Assembly: GCA_051313645.2 (NCBI GenBank)
Contig: JBNRSN020000017.1
Span: 14,446,001 to 14,510,000 of the forward strand
Reading direction: 5' to 3'
Length of the DNA stretch: 64,000 nt
Source of the DNA: Centroscyllium fabricii
Taxonomy: Eukaryota
Each line of letters starts with the position of its first letter. Position 1 is the stretch's first letter. The notes below the pieces were generated by a model. The model was not told the DNA's origin. It made no database searches and saw nothing but the letters and a program-made list of their open reading frames with translations. Made by a program: the position numbers and the translations under genes. Positions 50,632 to 61,653 of the stretch are shown piece by piece.

Positions 50632-51240
50632 AAGAACATAAGAACATAAGAAATAGGAGCAGGAGTAGGCCAATCGGCCCCTCGAGCCTGCTCCGCCATT
50701 CAACAAGATCATGGCTGATCTGATCCTAACCTCAATTTTATTTTTACTCTCCACCCCGCCCAGACCAATGTGATCACCTGGGAGAGGCGAAAAACCAGAT
50801 TTTAAAAAACCAGTAGCCAATTTGGGAGAAAAAAAATCAGGAAAATTCCTCTCCGACCCATCTAGGCGATCGAAAACTGGTCCAGGAGATCACATGGCCG
50901 ATCTGAACCTAGCCTCACATCCACTTACCAGCCCGTTCACCATAACCCCTAATTCCCTTTAATTCTAGGAAACTGTCTATCTCAGTTTTAAATTTATTCA
51001 ACGTAGTAGCTTCTACAGCTCTCTGGGGCAGCAAATTCCACAGCCGCACCACCCTCTGAGTAAAGAAGTTTCTCCTCATCTCAGTTTTGAAATGGCAGCC
51101 CCTTATTTTAAGATTATGCCCCCTAGTCCTAGTCTCACCCACCATTGGGAACATCCTCACCGCATCCACCCGATCAAGCCCTCTCACAATCTTATATATT
51201 TCAATAAGATCGCCTCTCATTCTTCTGAACTCCAATGAGT
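50632..51240 (-). mobile_element. CR1 LINE 3' end with structured 3'UTR cassette (same subfamily as 19932)
   Basis: SLEFRRMRGDLIEIYKI...GIRGYGERAGKW; tail (TTCTTATG)n. Confidence 0.93.
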
Positions 51241-51774
51241 TAATATACATTGAAGATTTCAAGTTGGTACCTGCAAACAATGGATTTGTTTCTGTGGGAT
51301 GATTTTCTTTTCTTCCATTCATGGATGTCTGAGGTGGAAGTGGGGTATTTTTCAACTTGGGTGCGCAGTGCCAGCATCCGGCACTACTAAGTAAGCACAG
51401 CAGAGGAAAGCCCCCTCTATTGTATTGAAGAGCTTCAATATAAACTCTTTCTTTCACGGCCCCATTTCTCATAGCAGCCATGTCCTGAGTGATGTGACTT
51501 TCAGTGCTTATGGGCAGGCTTGTGCTATGAACTCGAGACCGTTCGGGAACTTGGTGGCATACGTGAATTTCATTCTGGCTTTCACCTGAGTGCTGGGTTC
51601 AAATCCAGCCCAGACTGATGGGATGGAAGCGCCTCCTCGGTTTGTTGGTTGTAAGGTTTCCTTGTGAACTGAGTTTGCGGCGTCTCGATCCAGTTTCTGG
51701 CTGATTCTTCGAATAAAACCACTCACTAAAATTGTATATATTTTTTTGGTCATATATTTACTTGTCTATTCCAG

Positions 51775-51898
51775 GGTGGAAAAGGAGAAGGCACAGGCTG
51801 CTGAGCAGCAAGCAAAGGTTAGTGAGCAGAAGAAGTCCGAAGAGTTCAAGGCCCAACTGGAGGCCCAGCTTAAGCAGCAGCGCTTGGCTGCTCAACAG
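51775..51898 (+). CDS. BPTF: BPTF coding exon (VEKEKAQAAEQQAK[VSEQKK...RLAAQQ]); alternative donors at 51817 and 51898
   Basis: ttccag|G acceptor; AAG|gttagt and CAG|gtggga donors 81 nt apart, both phase 0. Confidence 0.9.
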
Positions 51899-52309
51899 GT
51901 GGGAAGGCATGAAGTTTCCTAGTCCCACCTGTCATTAAATTGCATTGAATTTCATTTATTTTTAAAGGAATGCATACTGTTTAATTTTTCAAACTGTAGG
52001 ATGGTGGAGCCAGGCTATAGTTATTCCGATGTTTGAATGCTAGGATAATTCTAATAGAGGTATTAACATTTTTGAATACTGTTGTAAAATATTTGAGCTC
52101 TGTCAATGAATGCTGTTCTGTGGAAGACCTTTATGATTGCAGAGTTTTGTGGTTATGTAGAAAACTTCAAAATATTTTAAACAAACATTCTTTGGCTTTA
52201 GTCTGTTAATGCATTAGATCATTTTTATGATAACCTCGGCCCCGATCATTTTTATATAGTTTTGTCCACACTTTTGGTTTGTGCCTTTTCCTTTTTTTTT
52301 CCCTCCCAC

Positions 52310-52660
52310 ATGGCAGCTGTCTTTCATTCTGCCAACGCATTTCACACTTCTGGAGCCATCCTTTGTTTCTTTACCTGTCTATTACCATCTCGTCTCGCCT
52401 TGAATATCTCTTAATGTCTCTTCACCTCTCGCAGACCTTCCCTCTTGTTCTTTCGTCCCGTGTCCCCCCCCCATTTCCCAGCCCCCCAAACTTGCTTTTT
52501 AATAGGTTTCATTTCCTGCTTTTTTCTCCAGTTCTGACGAAAGGTCTTCGACCTGAAACGTTAACTCTATTTCTCTCTCCACGGATGTTGCCTGGCCTGC
52601 TGAGTTTTTCCAGCGTTTTCTGTTGTTTCGGATTTCGCGCATCCGCAGTGTTTTTGCTAT
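52310..52660 (+). mobile_element. Penelope-like 3' fragment (second family)
   Basis: Hammerhead motif followed by GATGTTGCCTGGCCTGCTGAGTTTTTCCAGC, shared with pieces at ~16795, ~32700 and ~59030. Confidence 0.7.
52530..52566 (+). ncRNA. Minimal type I hammerhead ribozyme motif (Penelope-type)
   Basis: AGTT-CTGACGA-A-AGGTC TTC GACCT-GAAA-CGTT-AACT: intact core, stems I and II, palindromic AACGTT. Confidence 0.68.
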
Positions 52661-52678
52661 CGGATCATTTTTATTAAT

Positions 52679-53405
52679 GGGCCGGATTTTCCGATCAGAG
52701 GCTTCCTACGGGCGGATGCCTCCGATCGGGAAAAAAATCTACGCACTTACCTGCTGGCTCCGTAGGTCCCGAGACGTCCGATCCTGGGCCGCTGCTCTGC
52801 GAAATGCGCAGTGACCCAGGTATCCCAGGGGCAGCAGGCGGTTCACAAGCGCCCCTGGGATTGCGTGGGCCATGGGGAACCAATCAAAGAAGGGAATCCC
52901 CCCTGCACACACTACACATAGATCTGTCAAAAGTATGAATGGGGATCATTTAAACAGTTAAACATTAAAGACATTTTTAAAAAATCACGTATTTAAAATT
53001 ACATTAAATTAAATATTTTAAACAAAAACGTAATTTTTTTTTAAAGTCTTTACACGGCTAAAAATAAACTGTTTTTTTAAAAGTATTTTTAAATGATACA
53101 CGAGATGGGGGTAATTATTATTATTTTTTTTTTAAACTCTTATGCTGGTAAAAGCAGGTCTTACACTTGCTTTTACCAGGTGTAAGATTTTGTTTTTAAG
53201 GCTTTCAGTGGGCAGACGTGGTGCAGGAAGCGGAACTCCCTGCCCGAGGAGGCACTTTTCCTGGGCAGGCGAATGATCAGTCAAGTGAATTCTTGACTGA
53301 TCGGAAGTGCCAAGTTTTAGTGCATGCCTGAAACCGGCACTTGCGAGGCCCCTACGGGTGAGTGCACGCCTCATACGCACCTGTTGGGGTTGGAAACTCC
53401 GGCCC
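52679..53405. mobile_element. Non-autonomous TIR element, possibly PIF/Harbinger-like
   Basis: TIRs GGGCCGGATTTTCC...GGAAACTCCGGCCC. Confidence 0.6.
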
Positions 53406-54210
53406 ATTATATCTGGCATTTTTATAAATATTATCAATTATAAGTATTCTGTTCCCTCCTCCCATAGGAGTTTGGGGATTTATTCAGTGGTTTGTGTGCT
53501 TTTTAAGTGTAGTTACATTGGTCTGTTTCTGTGCTGTATATCCTTTCAGCCCAACCAGTCCATGCTCCACTCGAGCCTCCTCCCGTCTTTCCTCATCTAA
53601 CTCTATCAGCATAACCCTCGATTCCCTTCTCCCTCAGATGCTTATCTGGCCTCTCTTTTAAATGCATCAATCCTATTTGCCTCAACTGCTCCCTGTGGTT
53701 AAAGTTCCACATTCTCTGGGCAAAGAAGTTTCTTCTGAATTCCCTATTTCATTTCTTGTTGATTATCTTATATTGATGGCCTCTAGTTATGCTCTTCCCC
53801 ACAAGTGGAAACATTCTCTCTGCATGCACTCTATCAAAACCTTTCATCATTTGAAAGACCTCTATTAGGTCACCCCAAAGCCTTTTTTCAAGGGAAAAGA
53901 GACCCTTTCCTGATGGGTATACTTTTGCATTTCTGGTATCATCCTTGTAAATCTTCTCTGCACCCTCTCCAGTGCCTCCTTTTTATAATATGGCGACCAG
54001 AATTGTACGCAGTACTCTAAGTGTGGTCTAACCAAGGTTAGATACAAGTTTAGCAAAACTTCACTACTTTTCAATTCTATCCCTCTAGAAATATTCTGTC
54101 CCTCTAGAAATAAACCTGAGTTCCTGGTTTTCTTTTTCTATGGCCTTGTTAACCTGTGTCGCTACTTTTAGTGATTTGTGTATTTGTACTCCAAGATCCC
54201 TTTGCTCCTT

Positions 54211-54461
54211 TAGAAACATAGAAACTAGGAGCTGGAGTAGGCCATTCGGCCCTTCGAGCCTGCTCCGCCATTCAATGAGATCATGGCTGATCATCAAAAC
54301 CCAGCACCCCGCCCCTGCCTTGTCCCCATATCCCTCGATGCCTATCGAGCCTGCACCGACACATATCCCACCCTATCCCCGTAACCCAACATATTCAATC
54401 CCCCTAACACTAAGGGTCAATTTATCCTGGCCAAACAACCTAACCCGCACATCTTTGGACT
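54211..54461 (-). mobile_element. 5'-truncated V-SINE, long tail
   Basis: Matches the 3' half of the full copies. Confidence 0.88.
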
Positions 54462-55141
54462 TTACCCCACCCTGACTCGCACCGTCCAAGTAATAAGTGA
54501 CCTCCTATTCCTACCAAAATGTAAGCCACCACATTTATCAGTGTTGAATTTAATTTGCCAATTATATGCCCATTCTGCAAGTTTATTAATGTCTTCCTGT
54601 AATTTGTTGCAGCCCTCCTCAGTGTTAACTCTTCTCCCCCCCCCCCCCCCCCCAAATTTGGTATCATCCGCAAACTTAGAAATTGTGTTTTTGATTCCAG
54701 AGTCTAAATCGTTACTTTAAATTGTGAACAACAGTGGCCCAGCACTGATCACCTTCTGCCACTATGAATAGCTACCCTTTACCCCTGCTCCCTGCTTTCT
54801 GTCTTGAAGCCAGCAAGCTAACCATTCTGCTACTTGTCCCCTGACTCCGCATTCTCTGATCTTATTCATTGGTCTCTTATGTGGTACCTCATCGAAGGCC
54901 TTTTGAAAATCTGGATAAATTACATCATCTGCATTACCCTTGTCTAGTCTCTTTACTTCTTTAAAAAAATTCAATGAGGTTGGTCAAGCAAGATTTTCCC
55001 TTTTGAAATCCATGCTGACTATTCATTATTATTTTTGGCTTCTAGATGTTTTTCTATTTTCTCCTTTCGTAGGGATTCCATTATTTTTTCTGCCACCGAT
55101 ATTAAGCTGACTGGTCTATAGTTACCTCAGTGTTCTACCTC

Positions 55142-55541
55142 AGAAACATAGAAGATAGGAGCAGGGGGCGGCCATTCAGCCCTTCCAACCTGCTCCGCCA
55201 TTCAATGAGATCATGGCTGATCATCCAAATTCAGTACCCTGTCCCTGCCCTCTCCCCATATCCCCCGATCCCTATCGAGCCTGCACCGACACATATCCCA
55301 CCCTATCCCCGTAACCCCACATATTCAATCCCCCTAACACTAAGGGTCAATTTATCCTGGCCAATCAACCTAACCCGCACATCTTTGGACTGTGGGAGGA
55401 AACCGGAGCACCCGGAGGAAACCCACGCAGACACAGGGAGAATGTGCAAACTCCACACAGATAGTACCCGAGGCTGGATTTGAACCCGGGCCCCTGGCGC
55501 TGTGAGGCAACAGTGCTAACCACTATGCCACCGTGCCGCCC
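55142..55541 (-). mobile_element. Full-length V-SINE (HE1-like), long tail
   Basis: Head GGGCGGCACGGTGGCATAGTGGTTAGC, V-domain, CR1 tail. Confidence 0.94.
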
Positions 55542-56470
55542 TTAAATATAGGTATTCTGTTAGCTATCTGTCAGTCCTCTGGCACGACACCTTTTTCTAA
55601 TGAATTATTAAATATGTGTAGTAATGCCTCTGCTATCTCTTCCCTAGATTCTTTTAAAATGCACGGATGTAATCCATCCGGGCCAGGGCTTTTTTCCCTC
55701 TTTAAATTTGATTAGTTTATTTAATGTCCTCCTTATGTTAAATGCAGTTATTTCATTGCTAATCTCATGATCCAGTGTCATGTCCACCTGTTCTATCTCC
55801 CTGGTAAATACTGAGGCAAAGTAATTATTTAATAACTCTGCCATCTCTCTATATCGCTGCCTGTGATGTTATCCTTTCCATCCCTTGGTGGCCCTTTTTG
55901 ATTAATGTGCCTGTAAAATATTTTTCTATTTTGTTTGATGTTCCTTAATAACTTAATTTCACAGTTTACCTTTGTCTTCCTAATTTTATTTTTACTTCTC
56001 TCTTAATTTCTTAGTGTTTTTCTTTACCGTGCTTCACCTGCTGTCCATGTACTTAATGTCTGCTTCTTTCCTTGCCCTCAATTTTTCCCTTCTGGCTTTA
56101 TTCATCCATGGTGTCTCATTAGTGTTTAACTTCTTGTTTTTTAGTGCAATATATTTTCCCTGGGCTCTGTTGAACACTGTTTTAAATGTTTTCCCATTGC
56201 TGTTCTACGTCATTGTTTGCCTATTCCGTTGTCCATTTTGTTTTCCCAAGTTCTATTCTCAGCCCCTCAAAATCAGCTTTTCTCCAATCTATTACCCGAC
56301 TAATTGATACTGAAATAAATATGTTGTTTCTGACATAAACTAGAAAAATTCTAATTCTAGCGTGATCACAGGGGTGATGCGTTTCTGAAATAATGTGCAA
56401 ATCTTTTGTCTGTGAAGGGAGAAGAATCTTGCATAGTTTCCATCAGAACGAACCCAACAATGCACTTCTT

Positions 56471-56784
56471 TAGAATTATAGAATCCCTACAGTGCAGATA
56501 GAGGCCATTTCGGCCCATCGAGCCTGCACCGACACATATCCCACCCCATCCCTGCAACCCCACATATTCAATCCCCCTAACACTAAGGGTCAATTTATCC
56601 TGGCCAATCAACCTAACCCGCACATCTTTGGACTGTGGGAGGAAACCGGAGCACCCGGAGGAAACCCACGCAGACACGGGGAGAATGTGCAAACTCCACA
56701 CAGATAGTACCCGAGGCTGGATTTGAACCCAGGCCCCTAGTGCTGTGAGGCAACAGTGCTAACCACTATTCCACCGTGCCGCCC
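56471..56784 (-). mobile_element. Full-length V-SINE, short-tail variant
   Basis: Same head and body; tail GGGCCGAAATGGCCTCTATCTGCACTGTAGGGATTCTAT. Confidence 0.94.
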
Positions 56785-58281
56785 ATCTTTGTAAATGATG
56801 TCACTGCATCATGTATCTGAAAATAAGCAACACCGTTTACTAAATTCTTACATAAGGGTGATGCCTTTACGTTACATTTATTATTGTATACCTTCTAGTA
56901 CACTGGACAGATCTCCATTTGTCGGTTTAACCTGTTTCTTGTTCTGATACTTTGGCAGTGTTCCAATCTAGAGTCTTTCAACAACATTCGTGCTGATAGG
57001 TTTAGTTCTTTTTAAAGCCAACTCTGGAATAAGAGTATTCAGAACATCTTGTGGTATCTTCCTGCAATATAAACTATATGTAAAAATTACAGGCTACGAA
57101 AGCAGCAAGTCTAATTTGCTCCTTTTTTTGCGGGCAATTGTAGTCTTCAAACTGATGGGAGACAATTCTTACTCTTGGAATGCAGTTCAGCCTATTCATT
57201 ATAACTTATACATTTGGTACTTATGGGGCTGATTTGTTACATTTTCACCTGGAATAATTTTCTGGCAGTTTAAACTGATCTGTTGTTTTTGCACCATTTG
57301 CGATAAAGTGACGTTGGTTTTTACCTGGATGAATTTTAGAGGGAAATGTACCTTGTGCATATTATAAAAGGGAGACTGCTGCTTTACCGAGCATGCTATC
57401 TGATTGACTTTAATTACAATTTTTTAAAAGTGGTGGATGTGGATAGGTTTTATAATCATTAGCCAGGTGCATAACACTGTCGCCAAATTATGCTGCACGT
57501 TGAAAATCGTTATTTTAGCACCTGACTGCAATCATGCTGTAGCTGTAAAAGCTGCTTTTTTTAAAAACCAACTTATTTAACTTCTATATCATTTAATGAA
57601 AAAAAGTACAGTTGCAATATGTATAGAAATCTCTCATTCTATCTTTCCAACAAATGCTCAATCGCTAATATGGCAGTTACCACCTCCACCTCTGGTTTTG
57701 GTATTTTTGTGTTTAAACGCTTCTTAAAATTCAGGCATTTTTAGTTCTTAAGTAAACATAGATTGCCATAAGATTTTCAGTATCCACTTGCCATAAACCA
57801 CTTCCAAATTGGTTATCGAATAGCGAAACACTAAAATTGGATGCATTTTAAGTGATGGTGATGATCTCAAATTAATTGAGTTCACGTAAATCGCAAAAAT
57901 CGCACTCTGGAAAATGAACACTTCTCGGTGTGCCATGGTCTACAAATGTCCAGTTATATTAATTCCAATTTAAGTTTTAATGCCTATAAGATTGTTTGGA
58001 AATGTTGTTAATGCCCATCATAAGTGGAATGTTGGTAGTGACATTGCAGTTAAATGTTCAGCAATCCGTGTGCATAAACGGTGAGGATTAATTAACACAA
58101 AGGGTGGGTGGGGAAGAGGAGAGAATGGGAACATCGGGATGTCTCATTTGTATATCTGTTCTGAGAATACATCTGAGGACAGGAATATTGCCATGCATCA
58201 TGTTTCATTTTTAAGTTCTGAAAATAATTTCGGTGGTGCTGTGCTGAAAACCTTTTTGTAACTTTTATTGTACCTTAACAG

Positions 58282-58534
58282 AAGCGTCTTGAGCAGCAAA
58301 AACTGTCTGCCGCGCCTAATTCTGCTGCCACTGCCTCTACAACCAACAGTACTGCTACCACTATTGCTACTCCCCAGAAGTTAATGGTAGGCTCCTTGGC
58401 AGGACAGGTCTCTCCAGGAACAAAAGTGGTATTTACCACTAAAGTGGGTTCACCAACAACAGTGACATTCCAGCCAAACAAGAATTTTCAGCAGAGTTTT
58501 GCGACCTGGATCAAGCAGGGCCAGACTGGGACAG
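58282..58534 (+). CDS. BPTF: BPTF coding exon (KRLEQQKLS...TTKVGSPTTVTFQPNKNFQQSFATWIKQGQTGT)
   Basis: taacag|AAG acceptor, CAG|gtatgt donor; conserved sequence. Confidence 0.95.
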
Positions 58535-59711
58535 GTATGTATCTCCGTGGGTGCAGTGCATTGGTATTCGAGAGAGTGAGCGACAAAGGAATGTGATCCC
58601 GAGTGTGATTGCATGCACAGCAAGTTCCTAATCTCAGCAGTAGCTCGGTTCTTCTCCACTGAATGGGGTGGAAAATCAGATAACTTCATTTTTTTGTGAA
58701 TATCTTTTGTTGCAACAGTGCTAATGACTTAATCAGCAACACAGGCTGAAGGAAATTCTGAATTGCAGAGAACTAAATTAACATCAGTTCAGATTCCATT
58801 AACCTGGAAGGCTCCAACATCACTTTTTACCGATTTAGTTTTGCTCCCTCACGTTGCTGGATCGGGCAGCTTCACTAATCCAGTTCGTTCAATATCCTTA
58901 GCATTCATAGCTTGACAATAATGCATACTTTTGTCTTTTTGAGTCGGCGAATAACTTGCAGTGTACTGGATCAATTACCGTAATGGTGCAGTGCGGTTTG
59001 GAGCCACGCGGACCCAGTATAACTGATATAAAAACAGAACATGCTGGAACTACTCAAGAGGTCAGGCAGCATTTGTGGGGAGAGAAGCAGATTTGATGTT
59101 TCAGGTCAATGACCTTGCATCAGAACTGGACAGCAAGTTCTGATCTCACCTGGCATTGTTTTGAGGGCCAGACAATTGGCCTCCGTCACAGGGTTGAGGG
59201 GGAGAATTGGACAAAGTTCCATCTCTTGATCACTATCCAGTGGTCACTGCTTAAAAGTTGTATATTTGTGTGCATCGAGAGCAGCTGATACATATGTGAT
59301 GAATGTCTTGCTGCTTGGAAATAAAAAGACCTGGATAATACATGCAACCTTTCCTAAAAGATAACTTCATTAAAAAAATCCTGGATTAAAATAAGTGCTT
59401 GATTTTTGGAGGCGGTTGATCAGTATATTAAAATAGCTTTTTAAATCTATTTACCATAGCGTATTTCTTTGTTCAGCCACTAGATAGGCATTAGTCTCAG
59501 GCAAACACACTTTTTCAGCAAATGACTTGCCTTTTTGTTTAGTTTTAATCTAATTCTATTCAGAATTTTAATACCAGCCGAGTTTTGAAAGTTCAACAAC
59601 TGGCTCCTCTTCCTCATTCCAGACCTGTTCACGAGTGTAAGTCTCAGACGGTGAACAAAGCAATGAAAGCCTAAGTGTTATTTATTTCTCTCGCTGTCCA
59701 TTTTCTGCTAG

Positions 59712-59876
59712 TCACCAGCACAGTTGCCACCACAGGTACAACCATTGCCACCACGGGTCAGACGTTCCAGATCACAGGCAGTCCAGTAACCATGACGGGC
59801 AAGGTGATAACTGCCAAGCTTCCACTCCCCGCGAACAGCAAAATCCTCACCGTCAACGTGCCAACCACTCAAGGAG
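59712..59876 (+). CDS. BPTF: BPTF coding exon, probable cassette (VTSTVATT...GQTFQITGSPVTMTGKVITAKLPLPANSKILTVNVPTTQG), phase 1-1, 165 bp
   Basis: ctgctag|TC acceptor, GAG|gtaggg donor; frame-compatible with the previous exon. Confidence 0.8.
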
Positions 59877-60405
59877 GTAGGGTGGAGTGTGTGTTATAAT
59901 TTGTGTTATGGAGAGCCCTGTGATTTAAAATGTGCACCAGTGTCTGCCAGAATATAACACGGGCTCCAAAATATGTCTCTTTTTTACTGCATCTATAAAA
60001 TTATATTCATTGTGTGTTATCCATTTTTCTCCTTTTTGCTTTTAACTTTATACACTGAACTTGGATGAGTGGGTAAAACTGCTGACTTCGCTCTGACCTC
60101 TGGCAGTAGCAAGCGGTGGAGCGGGGCTGTTGTGACCTGCAGTGGTAGCCCTGTTTATTTTGCTTTGCCAATGATTGGCAGCCCTGCTCTGACAGGAGAA
60201 GGAAGAGTGACCCTCCATTTGAATGTCACCAGAAGGTGTACTTCAAGTCTCCAGCACAGTGCATTAATGCATCTCAAAATTGTGATTGAAAATCCAGAGT
60301 TTTAAGCAATGCACACAAGAAACCATGAACTTCACCCTTTGTTGTTTCTGCATTGTTGTTAATATGGACCTATGATATTAGGCTGCTGGTCCAGACTTGG
60401 TATTA

Positions 60406-61045
60406 CAGGTTGTGCACTGAAAATCCGTGACCCGAAATGCCGGCAGCTTCAGTCTGCCGGAACAAATTGCCCCGACTGCAATGCGCATGCGCAAGATGGC
60501 AGCCGCGATCGCGGCTTCAGCGAATGATCTGCGCATGCGCCGCCGGACGGCTAGCGCATGCGCAGATCAATCAAAACGGCCGCCGGAGGAGCCGGGCCTT
60601 CCGTGGCGTCAGGGCGCAGCAGCTCGACGACCATCCCTGAAACCCTTAAACGAAGGGGAATAGAGGTGAAGGTGCACAAATGCCCACAGTCAAAGGAACC
60701 GACAGTTAAGGGACAGAAGTGGGTGGTTGTGGGGTTGGTGGAGATTACCGAGATAGGGAGGGGTGAGCCCGAAGAGATTTAAACACGGAGGTTAGAATTT
60801 TAAGTGTGAGCATTGGGGAACTTGGTGCCAATGCAGGTCAACCATGGACAAACAAGGATGCAAACAGCAGAGTTCTGGATGAGATGATCTAATATTTTGA
60901 ATGTTCGGCGGCCATTTCCAATGTGCGCATGCGCGTGGCCATTTTGAATGGTGCGCGCGCACTGACCGACTTCATTCTGCCGGTTTTTTCACTTTCCCAG
61001 CACGGGCCTGGTCCCGCCCGTGCCGGATTTCCGGTGCGCAACCTG
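60406..61045. mobile_element. CAGGTTG-family MITE ends enclosing unrelated sequence (~60640-60900)
   Basis: Left end CAGGTTGTGCAC after TA, right end GGTGCGCAACCTG followed by GA; the interior does not match the other copies. Confidence 0.78.
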
Positions 61046-61653
61046 GAGTACGCAATGTATATTTGAAATCGAACTCCAGGAGTTTACACGTGCTACTAAT
61101 TACAGTTGTGTAACACATTCAAAATTTCTGCAAAATGCTTCCACTTGCTGCAAGTGATGCCAACTTGTGAAGAGTTTTGAAGCTTGAAAGCTCAAAGGCA
61201 TTCCAGCTGATGGCTTCAGCTCCTTCTTTATAAAGGGGAAGAGCAAGTGGAAAATTCTACTCACTGGCACGTGCATGAAGTATGCATATGTCGAGCTCTG
61301 CTTTCCCTTGAACGTAAGTGCTACCTGATGGCATAGCTCTCAGTCATGCTGGTGTAAAACCAATTGGTGCAGTCCAACTGCATTTTTACATGCAGGCTGG
61401 TTCCTTTTGAAAATTCACAGTCGGTGGATCATTGCAGTAGTATTCTGTACACATTTCATTCAGAACCCTGAGGCCACGAAGAACCTGGATTTTTCTGATA
61501 GGCAGTGTCCAAGAAGGTTGCATTTTTCCCCCTGACACAGCTTGGAACCTGGCTTGCAGCCTCTTTGCACCAGAGGCACCGCTTTGTCCAGCTGTGATGG
61601 TGACAACGGAACTTTAATGCTTTATGCATTCGGATGCTTCTCTGGTGCCGAAA

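Larger units (their letters stand above)
53540..56300 (-). mobile_element. Decayed CR1 LINE with two nested V-SINEs
   Basis: [21 protein letters not shown]; DVIYPDFQKAFDEVPH; AELLNNYFASVFT. Confidence 0.85.

Noticed and set aside
14916-54653. Poly-C runs (e.g. ~14916, ~25636, ~33984, ~54636) as functional G-quadruplex elements
   Set aside because: Simple homopolymers with unreliable lengths and no supporting context.
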